Assembly (NCBI GenBank): GCA_002256025.1
Contig: NKIB01013681.1
Coordinates: 1 to 53,714 of the forward strand
Reading direction: 5' to 3'
DNA from: Asterionella formosa
Taxonomy: Eukaryota
DNA length: 53,714 nucleotides
In this document: positions 36,719 through 49,624 of the stretch, one piece after another
Numbering within the stretch: position 1 is the stretch's first letter
Layout of the letters: the number at the start of each line of letters is the position of its first letter
The notes under the pieces: model-generated
What the model saw: only the letters and a program-made list of their open reading frames with translations
Databases searched by the model: none
What the model was told of the DNA's origin: nothing
Made by a program: the position numbers and the translations under genes

Positions 36719-38558
36719 TGGCTAGGTTTTGTTTGTGTAGAGAGTACGTGACTGTGTTAGTAAATGCGGAATTGACACTTTAACGAGTCAACCTCAGCTG
36801 TGATTCGATTTCTTATGAAAGCGGAATGTCTCGTTGTTCAAAGAAATGCAAATGCTTTGCCTAGGTTGGTTTTCCAATGATCGTGCACTTCGGCCTAAGA
36901 AGGGTCTGACAGGTGTTTGAACAAGTAAGTATATTCCTTCCAGTGCGCACATATGTTACATCAGAATATTTGTTAGCTACAGATATATATATTATTATTG
37001 CCATGAAGGTGGCAGAAAATCTCCGACGACAACCAATAGTACCTGCTGGAGCGATGGATCCCTCCTTGGTTCTAACAAGCTTTTATACGGAGCACATGGT
37101 GTCCTATGTACCCTGTACTCCTTCACCATGATAATGGTGTAGGTTGGCCTGCTCATTTATATAGCTACTGCGTTGCAAATCAAGCGCGAAGTGTAGCCGT
37201 TGAGAAGGACCGTTATTCCTAATCCCAGCCAAGGTTATCACATTGAGCGGCCGGGCGGTTTTTGCTCGATAAACCAATGACAAGTATCATATTTCAGACC
37301 AAAACAAGATGAAATCATGCCAAAAACGAACTGGTAAGTAAATATGTGGTCAACCTGGTACCAGGTATTGTGGTATCACAGGCAACAATGATGGAGAATG
37401 ATGGTGATCGCCGAAAATGAGAATTTTGGTCCAAATAATTGATATTATACATACCGGGATACTATAATACATATCAAGTTTGCTGTATGCATTTGGCGAA
37501 TCAACATGTACTTTTGTTTCTACACATGATCGCTGCAAAGAATTCAATCCTTGCTTGATGTTCAGTTCTTTGTATGTAGATACAGGTAGGTAGCTGCACC
37601 GCACACTGAAAACCTCTTGATATCTCCATGTGCTCTTCGGGTTTTGTGAAGCACAAAAATTACTTACTACCTACTCAACGTACTAGTAGTCATGTACGGT
37701 TATAAAAACTGTCGTCGGGTTTTTGTAAAACCCTAACCCCAATAGGGATAGGTCTCGTGACATCATCAGACACCAGAGAATAAATATTCATTCAGCAAAA
37801 ACATTAAGCTGTCTTACATAGAAGTATACATGTTACACAAGCATTAAAAAATGTTGTATCTAGATTCCATTCACTTTTCCATTTTCAATCCTTCTCAGCT
37901 GTTAGGTTTATCATTGTGTTGTAGTAGCATCACTTCAGCTTTACTTGTCATGTGGCTTATCTGATTTTATTATTTCAGGATGTGTTACTGGAATGCATGA
38001 AAAGGAACTATTAAACATGATTTCAAATGTATTTGCCATGTATACATTTATAAAAATTTGTAAATGCATAAATGTATACACAGTTGAACATTTGCATAGT
38101 TCAAAGACACTCTTTATAGCTAGTATTGCACATAATGTGTAAACTATCAGCAATTGCTAAGCTTACAAATAATTCAAATATATACAATGCATGATGATTC
38201 AATTGTTTTCCATGACCTGATGTACTGTTTTTGAATTTCTCAATGGTAATTCTTGTATCTACAAGTAAATGATGTAATTAAGGCAGCCCCTCAATGAGCG
38301 GGAGTCATGGAACATTTTTCATATGTTACAAGTCATGTAATAATTAGGTGATTCATTTTCTAATATCATTGACACCATTTATCATATGATAAATATACTT
38401 TGATGAGAAAAAGAAAAATCAAACTTTATGAATTACTACAGATCAGACTTTCTGGCAAGAAAAGATTGCACATAAAATATTTAACGGAAAACAATATATA
38501 GCTCTTTCAATCTTACTTTTAACATCAACATATCCTACTTCGGTTTAAAATTAATTAG

Positions 38559-38626
38559 CAGGCAAGACTGCTTGGGATGGTAAAGAGTTTGTGAGTCGAA
38601 CCCAACAATTGCCTAACCACTAAGCC
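38559..38626 (-). mobile_element. tRNA-derived SINE-like element, 5' fragment (copy C)
   Basis: Minus strand reads GGCTTAGTGGttaggcaattgttgGGTTCGACTCacaaactctttaccatcccaagcagtcttgcctg, matching the heads of copies A and B. Confidence 0.6.
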
Positions 38627-38665
38627 TTTCACTTGCTTCTACTTCAAACATATACAGTATACATA

Positions 38666-38700
38666 TTGATGTCAATAGGCATCATGCCTATTGACATCAA
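38666..38700. repeat. Perfect 17-bp inverted repeat with 1-nt spacer
   Basis: ttgatgtcaataggcat-c-atgcctattgacatcaa. Confidence 0.95.
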
Positions 38701-39000
38701 GATCATCGCCAAGAGGTCAGTCCCGGCCCTTCCCCACTCACTAGTACATGGCTGACGACAAAACCGACATGATTGGCTGTTGATGCCAACAGCTGATCCC
38801 ACACCATGACCAACATAAGAAAATTATCAATCAAATCGTATAGTACGTTAAAGCTATCCAATAATCGCACTTGTACCCAAATAAATAAATGGACACAATT
38901 AGCACTGGTTTTATTCGTCCGTACGGTACAACGGAACCTGTCTTTTCGTCAGCTGCACCCCCCGAAACCCTAGGGACTACATGAAAAAGACAGGTGGATA

Positions 39001-39056
39001 ATGCAGGAATCGAACCTGCCACCGCAACATGTGTGCTAACCACTAAGCCATTCTCC
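39001..39056 (-). repeat. tRNA-like pol III head (SINE-related or tRNA pseudogene)
   Basis: Minus strand reads ggagaaTGGCTTAGTGGttagcac...gcaGGTTCGATTCCtgc with a T-arm stem (gcagg/cctgc) but no anticodon arm. Confidence 0.6.
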
Positions 39057-39439
39057 AGGAGCCTATAATCATGACCTACCTGCTGGCGCTAGCAAGGCAT
39101 GATGAATATTTTATCATCTGACATAAAAATGGAAGCGTCTGCATAATTTATTGTGTTTTCAACATCAATAACAAGGTATGCATGTTTGATGATTGGTAGC
39201 GATATCAGCCGGTTTAGATGTCAGCCAAGAGGTATCATGAACAGGAGTGGTACCGTTGGCTTAGATGTGCATCATCCAAGGAATTGGGTCAACTGTTGCA
39301 AAGATTTCGGCCAAGCTGCAGGGTAAGCTGGTGGAAATAGCATTGATTAGGACGTTGGAGAAGGTGTGGGATCAGTTGCTGAGAACCATGTTGTTTTTGA
39401 TCTTCAGGCAAGGGGTGAAGTATATGTATTTTCTGATAC

Positions 39440-40110
39440 TAATTTGGATTTCGATATCATAACATTCATATTATGTATCTTGTAGCTTAAATCAACAATA
39501 CCAATTTGAAAGTCAAGAATTCAATTGGTAGAAACATTTCAAACCCCAACCCTAACGCCAACAATAGATACCAATTTGAAACCTGATTCTTGGCAGTAAA
39601 AATAAAATGATATCAATTTGGATCCAAATTGGTAGCAACATTTCAGACCCTGTCCCTAATGCCAACAATAGATACCAATTTGGAAATCCAATAGATAGTA
39701 AAAATAAAATGATACCAATTTGGATCCAAGCTGATAGCAGCATTTCAAACTCTAACCCTAATGTCCACAATAGATACCAAGTTGGAAAGCTGATTGATAG
39801 TAAAACTAAAATTGATACCAATTTGGATCCAAATTGGTAGCAACGTTTCAAACCATCAACATATGCCAATTTGTAAACCTGATTGGTAGTAAAACTAAAA
39901 TTGATACCAATTTGAATCCAAAGTGGTAGCAAATGACGCCGATCTGGTATTTCTGTGAAGCGAAATGCTTATCTACATTAAGGTCAACCATATCTTACAA
40001 TTGTTTTGCCAAATCGGTATCAAAAATCCAAATTTGTATTTCGGATAGAGAAAAAATAAAATACCAATTTGGAGTCCAAATGGGGTACCGGTATTTCTTT
40101 GCTCCTGTGT
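39440..40110. repeat. Tandem ~102-bp array built from ATACCAATTTG motifs, a palindrome and telomere-like CCCTAA
   Basis: Motif at ~39498, 39568, 39610, 39672, 39712, 39774, 39815, 39863, 39904; palindrome taccaatttggatccaaattggta at 39816-39839. Confidence 0.85.
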
Positions 40111-40136
40111 ATTTTAAGAGGTTAACGGTATTATAT

Positions 40137-40759
40137 TGTTGAAATGTATGTCGCCCACTCTAGCACCACGCTCCAGGACTGCCCTGGAATCTTGACCGGT
40201 CAAGATCATTCTCACGCCACTCATCTGCATATTATTTTGCTATTTAAATCCTGTCTATTTCCGTTTAGACATTCCTCAAACTACATCTAGTCTTCGGACA
40301 CCTGTAGACATCAACAGCCTAACAGAAACACTCTGACACACTCCCCTGTTGATGCTCAACATACCACATCATCCTAATGTGTATGCTCGACACACCCTAT
40401 CCAACAGCAATTTTCATAAAACCCTCTCTTTTTCTTCCTTTTTAATCTTTTTTCTTTTTCTCTTCTCTTTTTTCTTTCTGTTCTTGCTGAGGACTCGAAC
40501 TGTTGACCTCTGGTTTTCACGCATATTCTTGTACCACTTGTACTAACGAGCCCACTACCATGTTGATATATATGGCCTACTCAAGCGTGCTCCAGCACTG
40601 CCCTGAAATGACCAGTCAAGAGCTTTCTTGCGCCGCTCGTCTGCATATAATTTTCCTTTATATGAATCATGTCTATTTCCGTTTAGGCATTCCTCAGACT
40701 ACATCTAGTTTTCAGACACCTGCCGACATCAACAGCATAGTAACAGACACACTCTGACA
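40137..40759 (-). mobile_element. TRIM-like non-autonomous LTR retroelement; LTRs 40137-40338 and 40561-40759
   Basis: Two ~200-bp direct repeats, each TG...CA; on the minus strand a PBS-like TGGTAGTGGGCTCG follows the 5' LTR and a PPT AGGGGAGTG precedes the 3' LTR; 222-bp non-coding interior. Confidence 0.85.
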
Positions 40760-40959
40760 TTATACCGGTATATGGATAGTGCACATATAATAAACTTTTA
40801 GTGGAGACACTAGCTCATTTACAATATGAAAAAAGTTTAACTTCCATTTCTTTAGACTACCAGTAGTAAATCCTAATAGGGGGGAAAATAAAATCTTAGA
40901 GAATTTTAAAACTAAACTAATAATCATACTAGAGCCTGGATAGTCATGGGGGAAATTGA

Positions 40960-42280
40960 TTAATCATAGGGGGGACAATAATGCACCCTTTTGTCCATTC
41001 CATTTAATTTCAGGAGGGCATCACATACTGCAGTGCAGTCTTTGTTGTTGTGTACACTCATTTGTGTGATTCTGAAGAACTGTGAATCTTTGACATGCTT
41101 GCTTGAATTGGGCATTCCTTTTGTTCCTGTTCCTGTAATTGATCTTGCTGGGTTTCCTTTTGATATGATGTTTTTTGCATAAATCTGTGTGGTGAAAATA
41201 ACAGCACTACTACCTAGCATTCCTATGGTTATCTTGTATGTTGTTCTTTTGTTGTCATGATGTTGTTGTGCAAACAATGATGCAGCAAAATTATCGATGA
41301 TAATTCCTATTCTTGTAGTTGTCTGGTGTGAGGTCCTTTGGTAATGATGTTTGCGATTGTACTGCGCTTGAAGAGAGGTGGTGACACTATCAAGGCTGTG
41401 GCCTGGTTCTGTAGTTGTCTGATGGTGTGTTGTCTTGTCAATGTGATGTTCAGCTTTTGCAATTATGGCTCCTATTCCTGTTGTTGTCATGAGGAGTGAT
41501 GTCTTTTTGTTGTGATGTTTGTGATGGCTATTCACCTTGACTGATCCAGTTTTATGATTGACGATGGTTCCTATTGCTGTATTTTTCTGATGGGAGGTCC
41601 ATTTGTAGTGATGTTTGTGATGAGCTTGTATCTGAACCAGTGTGGTGCTGTGATTGATAGTGGTACTATTCCTTTGGTTGTATTGTTTGATGTCCTGTTG
41701 ACATGATGCTTGTAGTGGGATTGCGCTTGAATAGAGGCAGTGGCACTGTTAATGATGGTTCCTCCAGCTGTAGGTGCTCTTACGTGGTGGCCTTTGGTCG
41801 TAATGTTTGTGATAAGTTTGCAGTGGCAAAAATGCGACAGCTGTATCCATAATGGTTGTTCCTATTCCTGTTCTTGTCTTGTTTGAGGTCCTTTTGTTGT
41901 TTTCCTTGTAATTTTGTACCTGCAACGGAATGGCGGCATTACCAATGATGGTTCTTATTCCTGTAGTTGGCTTGTGTGATGTCCTGTCATCATGATGTTT
42001 GTGATGAGTTTGCGCATGAAATGATGCAAGAGTGGCTTTTTCGATGATGGTTCTAATTCCTGTAGTTTTTACTTGTGATTTCCTATCTTCGTGATGTTTG
42101 TGCTGAGATTGCGCCTTCGCTGACGATGTACGGCAGTAATGATGATTGTTCCCTTTTCTGTACTAGTCGTCTGGCGTGATAGCTTGTCATTGAGGTTGTT
42201 GAGAGTACCGTCAATTACGAGTCCTCTCGTCGTCTTTTTGTTTTGTATCTTTGTAGAATGGGTTAAACGGAGATTCTGAT
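40960..42280 (-). pseudogene. Frameshifted ORF made of ~96-bp (32-aa) His-rich tandem repeats
   Basis: tgatgtttgtg(a/c)tg-like core recurs at ~41513, 41609, 41801, 41993, 42092; translates to AQxHHKHHDxRTSHxxTTGIxTII; several frameshifts upstream of the 191-aa ORF. Confidence 0.6.
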
Positions 42281-42658
42281 GTCAGGAAAGTGGACTCCGC
42301 TTCGAAATCGATCATTCAGTTGTAAATCCTAGTAATTAACTCATCACCATACTAATTCAAACTGAGGGATGATGCAATGCCAAAATTATTGGGTCATTCA
42401 TTCAGGAATTTCGATCAAGGCATTGAGCGGTGGTATTGTGTGAATACATTGATTATATTGGAGGATCACCCACAACTTCCTTTCTACATGAGCGGCGAAC
42501 AACAATCATAATCCATCGAGAAAACAGTAGAACAAAATACACAGGCAGATATCACAACATTTCAATAAATTCCTATAGAAGCATTACTAGGCGGTATTCT
42601 TGCTATTTCCTCCGTCCCCTCCTGCTGTACCACCTAAAAATTAATCATGTCACCCATT

Positions 42659-43513
<855 letters not shown>

Positions 43514-43670
43514 GGTGGTTGCTAGGATGAGAGAATGTATAGACTACCGGTCGTCGATGTGTTTGATTATAGATTATGTTAAAAGTTTTGTCATGACCGA
43601 AGGCAAGCAGCAACGCGAGTGTTATTTTCTTGGTATCATTTCACGCAGCTTCTACACCCTCGGGAAGAAA

Positions 43671-43754
43671 GGGCGCGCCATAATTCGTGAACAGAGTTAT
43701 GGGGAAATGGCCTAACAAACAAGAAACAACTCTCCAGCATTGGCGCGCCATTTT
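43671..43754. promoter_or_regulatory. Two E2F-like GGCGCGCC sites upstream of PCNA
   Basis: gggcgcgcca (43671-43680) and ttggcgcgccatttt (43740-43754), 160-240 bp upstream of the ATG; PCNA is a known E2F target. Confidence 0.6.
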
Positions 43755-44312
43755 TCGATCTCCTGGTTTCTTATCACACTGTATTTACCGTATATATCGG
43801 GTATCTACCGGTCGTAAAACCGTTACATGCAAGGACAACCTCCCAGGTACATTACTCCGAATACATGCCGGCTTGCAAACAACCAATTTCCGTAGTCTAC
43901 CTGAATAAGACTACCGGTAATAGAGTACATGTACCGGTAAATACCGGTATGTTCGAGGGTTGATATCGATTTTTAATATTATACACCCACAAGAGACAAA
44001 ACTTAGACTTTTGAGCAACATAGGGCAACCATATGGTTACAATAAATATAATATAACACAGTTAAGCGTAAACTACTCATTTAGAAACTTCCTAAAATAA
44101 CTCGCACAGTCATATCAGGAGCAGACTTGATGCTAGGTTGGTGGTACCAGGAACGAATCCGATTCGCTGATTATACTTTCTCTTTAGTACAACTTTCTGT
44201 CGACAAGTCCCAAAGATCAATGCGATTGTATCGCTAGCACCATTGGTCACTGTGGAAATCGTACCTTAGGGTTAGGAGTTGGTGTAGCGACAACGAGTGG
44301 ATTGGACAATAT

Positions 44313-47300
44313 TCAACCAGCAGCAGTACCCACCTGCAACGTAGACTTGTTGGACTCTTGTTCGGGAGGCTTGGTCTTGTTGCGAATGCTCTTCTTCTTC
44401 GGTTTCTCTTCTACGGTCAAACCGACGGGATGAGCCGCAAACTCGGACGACCGATCCTTTCTGTTGTCGAAAGCACCAATGGAACCATTGGCCTTGTTGA
44501 CCTTGGTGGGCTGCGGTTCGGTCATTTCGGGTTCTGCTTTAGTGGTGATGATTTCAATTATCTTTGCGATCGCTTTTTCTCGCAGCTCGTCAGATCCTCC
44601 TCTAACAGTCAGGGTCATATCGTCGCGGTTGATTTCAATTTTGCAACTATATTCTTTCTGGATGCCTGAGATGTTCTCGCCGCCTTTCCCAATGATGGCA
44701 GAAATATCGCCTTTGTTAATCGAAATGCTTGTTTCAGCAGATTGTTCTTCCCAGGTAGAAATCCACGCGATAATCGCATTCTTGGCAGCTTGAATATTCA
44801 CTTCGTCACCCGTAATCTTAAACGTAGAAGGCTCATTTCGCATACGCTCGATTTCGACTTTGTTATTGCTGGAAAAACTCTTGATATGAGCCCCATTGCG
44901 ACCGACAAAAGAAGCAATCGAAGAAACGGGGAGCTGAACAAATACACATTCGCGCCGAGCAGAATCTATAATTTCGTTCAAGGTTTGCTTCGCTTTGACT
45001 ACGTCGTCTTCGCTATCGCCAGTAACAGTGAGAGTACGATCCTCCTTATTGACATCTATTTGACAATTTGATTCCATTCGAAATGCATTCACGCGATTTC
45101 CTCCCTTGCCGATGATCAACGGAATCAACCAGGCCTCGGATGAATCCAAGGTAATCACAAATGCAAGCTTCTCCGCCTCTGCGATTCTGGCCTTGAGGAG
45201 ATCAGCGGCCTTTTTAACTTTGCCGGAATCTGAGGATTTCACTTCAATAGAGCTTGTATCGCGATCAAGCGTCACGGTGGCTCCAGACACAGCAGCAATA
45301 TCGGCAAGGACAGACGCATCGCCAACAGTTGAATAAAGAGGCTTGGAAATCTTGAGATGGGCAAAGTCCGCAGGAAGCAAAAAGTCTATGAATTCGATAA
45401 CTAAACTCTTTGCCTTTCTGACATCAGCTCGTGTTCCTGTCACAACGATTGCATTCATGGGCAGATCCAAGATAACCTTCGCATTGGTGAGCTCCTCCAT
45501 ACGCCTAAAGTGATCTGGATTGCGACATGCCCCCTTGACACAAGCAAGCTGGGATGGGTCTAGCTCAACTCGTGCTTCATAAAATCCAAAGATTGGTTCC
45601 TTGAGGATGGCTTGTGCATCTCTGACATCAGGGAAAAACCCACGAATTTTCACGGCGTCTTCCGTCAGGGTGACTATTACAGGAATTCCAGTGGTAGCAT
45701 TCCTGATGACATCAGGCTTGCTAAGTATAGCATGCTGCTCAGGAGTAATTGGCAACAATTGAGTAACTTTTGCAGATGACACGAGTTTCAATACATCAAT
45801 GCGGCATGCCTCGACACCCATTTCGGGGCCTCGGATAGTGATGCGGTTTGATTTGTGAATGAAAAGCGAGACTCCCTCGTACTTCTTCTCTAGCTCAGAG
45901 CGCTTGCTACCACCCTTTCCAATAACAACACCAAGAGCTTGCTCGGAGACAGAAATTCTGCTAACTGTGTGTCCTTCACCACCATACAAGAATTGGTTTA
46001 GCCGCTTGACAGCTGCCTTCACCTTTGCTTTCTCGCCCTTGACTGTAACGACATATCGAGCTTTGTTCATGAAAAGCTCAACACCAAGTTCAGAAGCAAG
46101 TTTAGTGATAGTGCTATCAGCTCCACCGAATACGAGGGTAGGTTCATCTTCAGCAGAAATGTCTATTTCTTGGATATAATGCTTACTGATAAAATCGTTA
46201 ACAATGCAAATGGCCTCGTCAAGCTACGAGAAAAAGTGTGAGGTATCAGAATAAAACGACGCTTTACCTTTCTGAGAAGAAACCAATATTACTCACTTGT
46301 TCTCTGGTACCTCTCAAAACGATTTGATCTGTTTCATCGTCGACCCCCATCCAAACCAAGTCTGCGAGCTTTGTTTTGTGCTCCGACCGACTAATTTCGC
46401 GAACCATGGCTCTGACAACAGTTGGCTGAAAGTCAATACGTTCAAGCTGATTTTCCTTGACAATGTCGTTGATTTCGGTTTCAACTCGCTGGATTTCCGC
46501 AGCATTTTGCGACTGAATCATGATTGTCCCGGCTTCCTTATCAACTTCAATATTGACGGCCTTTCCATTCTTGAGTTTCTTTATCGTTTCACCGCCTTTT
46601 CCAATGATGCGGGGCACAATAAAGGGGTCGATCGAAATAACAACAACAGCATTTTTCATTTGAGAAATGGTGGCTTGAATCATCTCCTTGGCCACTGCAA
46701 CAGCCGATGCGCGTCCCTTGACCAAGACCACGTCCTTGTGCTCAGTAGTGTGCTCCTTGTCAAAAGTAATATGAACCATCCCCCCAATACCCAAAGACTT
46801 GACTTTTTCGTTAATATCTGCTTGTAATTTTTTAATGGGTGCACCGGAATCCGACAAGAGAATATTTCTTGAGATATTGTCAACCACCAACGATTCCACC
46901 ACTTCTTTGTTCAAAGCCAGAACTTGTTCAATATCTTGCAAACATAAATTGACATTGGCAGGTGGACCCGTAATGGTAGCGATCCACTCATCGTCACTGA
47001 TATCCTCGACATGGATCGCGACTTGATGATCGTCCACAAATTTATTGATCGTCACCCCTGCTTTACCCACCACGATTGAATACTCTTTGCGCACCAATTG
47101 TCTTGTCTTGGAGACCAGGTCCAACATGAGAAGTGCAACTTTGGCAGCCATCACATCTTGTGACAATCCTCGGAGCTGTACGTGCTTCTTGTCATGAATG
47201 ACATCCATGGTAACCTTGGGATGTGCCTTACGAAGGTCGGCCATGGCATTGATGCGCTAAATAATGTGTGGGTGGTGAGAAAAAACATGGTACCGTTTGT

Positions 47301-48547
47301 CACCAAGCTGACACATGAAAAACGGTTTACCACACATACCTTGGATGTTAAATACCCCAATACATGCTTTTCCATGGTAACATCAACATCAACAGAATTA
47401 ATAATGTTCTCAATTTCCACCACCGCCGCGGTAATAGCATCTGCGCTTCCAGTCAAATGAATTTTGGCTGCCACTGAATCCACATCCATCGAAACATGAT
47501 ACTGTTGTTCCAACATTTTGATAGTGGCACCTTGTCTACCAATGACTCTACCTATTTTGTCTGATTGGCATTCCATCGTGTGAGTAGTTAGATCGGATGG
47601 CGCACAATGTAATTTGGTTGCCAAATTAACTTTTTGAATAGTCGATTCAATTTCGTCCAATTCGACAACCAATATCTTGAGACTGTCACGCAGCGTGGCA
47701 AGTTCGGCCTAACGAGGGATATTGTGCGAGAGCGCGAGAGGAATGAGTGATTGGTTCTCAGCATGATCATACACACATGCAAATCATTTATAATTACCTT
47801 TTTATCTTTAACTTTCTGTTCGTAAGCATTATATTCTTCCACCATCAATTTTTGTTTCTGAATTGTATGAATATCTTTTAAAATAAGCCGCTCTTCTGGC
47901 AAGGTCCATGACGTGGTAGTTCGCTTAAATTCCAATTTATCAATCTTCTCTGTCAATTCAGCCAGTGATTCCTTTGGTTTTTTGGGAATTTTCCCAAATA
48001 GTTTTTGTAGTTCGTCATTTAGGAGATTGATTCGTTTCTATGTGGTAATGGACGATTCGAAAGTGAGTGCAATAAATACTGGATGATGCAATGATTGCAG
48101 TACCGTAACGGGAGCACTTGCAGTCCCAGAGCGGCACTCTGACATGGTGCTCGATTCAGATCAGATACACCGCTCGAGCAAAATGACTCCTAAACGGTCA
48201 TTGCCCTGTTTAATGTACCGGTAGGAATTCTATTCCACACCAACAGCATCAGCCCGTCATGACGAGGATGAGCCATGAATGCATCGTCACATTTACAGTA
48301 ACAATGAAAGTTTCAACTCCAAGTGCATTGGTGTTGTCTTCAAAGTCTAGTACATAGAAGGAGCAACTCGTGACTTACTGGCGCGCTGATCTTTTGCTAG
48401 TACAACAAAACAGTTGGAACTTACCTGCGTTGCTTCCTTGGTTGCTTTACTCGATTCCAATCGCTGCTTGAGATTCGATGGTGTTATATCAATGTCTGCT
48501 AATGCTGCTGCTGCTGCTGCTGCTGCTCCGTTGGTGGCTGCTGCCAT
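44313..48547 (-). CDS. Multi-KH-domain RNA-binding protein (vigilin/Scp160-like); exons 48547-48425, 48037-47798, 47708-47340, 47256-46297, 46223-44313
   Basis: Repeated GxxG KH loops (IGRQG, VGKAG, IGKGG several times, VGRNG) after an N-terminal coiled coil; four frame-preserving GT-AG introns; C-terminus uncertain. Confidence 0.88.
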
Positions 48548-49068
48548 GTTGCTGATGCTGTTGCTGTTGAGCTCAGAGCATATAATGCACCAGAAGCATT
48601 TTTTGGTTATGCATCGGTTTTGCGATTGTAAAAAAACCAGCCTAACGACAGAAACTATGACATTTCATGATACTACATAAACACTCGTGACAACTATACT
48701 GTTACCAGTTGTACAAAAGATAGACTGATGGCATGAGCAATCTACCATTGATTCAAATACCGGTATGCATGCCGGGTATATAGATACGTTACCTGGTAAC
48801 GTGGTACCTGGTATTCCTACCGGTACCATACCCTACTCCCATCATTACCGGTACTCGGGAACCTGGCAGGTGCTCGGGACTGTTTATTATATATTTTATT
48901 CACGGCGAGAAAGCGAGAAGGCGAAAAATATGTATGTTAACAAATACAGATGTGTGTAATGTGTATATGCCAGTAAGTCCATTCTTTTATGTACAGTGTT
49001 TGTAGGAGTACCTATGATTATCTTTTGGGTAACGTGTGTTGTGTAGAGGAGCACTAATACCAGTTGTA

Positions 49069-49576
49069 AATGGCTTTGAGCCACATTTTTATATCGTTTC
49101 CCGACTAATTCAAGATCTATGCTAAAATGGATCCCCCTCTCTTTCATCCTTTGGCATGATAATAGGTAGTTAGTTCATTAAGCAACATGAGAATTAGATC
49201 ATTTTTTACTTGAACATATATTAACTAAGATCTATCCATTTTTAAAGTGACAAAACTGGTTGAATTGCATCATGGCTGGCTCAAAGCCATTGATTAAAAT
49301 TTTACCATACATGGAGTTATTTTTATAGGCAATGGGTAGATAATATTATATTGTTTGCATTTTTTTCGCAGTAGATGCATCACTCTTGGTCTCATGGTGT
49401 TCCCATTTTATCTTATTGGTTCCATTGAAGTCTCCTTGCATTTTTCGTAGCAGTTGTTGCATTGTTCTTAGACTGGCTGGTGGTCCTCCCATGCATCATA
49501 TCTTGCCATGTAATGCATAGTAGGAGCGACTGAAAGGTGATAAAGTGGCGCCATTACAGTTGCAACTGGTACTGCA
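49069..49576. repeat. Dispersed repeat copy 2 (homologous to 8749-9235), with a 15-bp inverted repeat
   Basis: aatggctttgagcca (49069-49083) and tggctcaaagccatt (49277-49291); colinear with copy 1. Confidence 0.85.
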
Positions 49577-49624
49577 GCGTCGCCACGCAATCTCTAGCTC
49601 AAGACAAGGTGCCAGCACCGGAAA

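Noticed and set aside
37727..37745. Telomere-like CCCTAA/TTAGGG bits (also 44266-44277)
   Set aside because: Only 1-2 units; not a telomere or credible interstitial array
39001..39056. Intact tRNA gene
   Set aside because: A and B boxes are present but the anticodon arm and acceptor stem are missing
39498..39930. CRISPR array or repeat protein (WIQIG ORFs)
   Set aside because: Spacers are homologous to one another, the context is eukaryotic with no cas genes, and frames are not maintained
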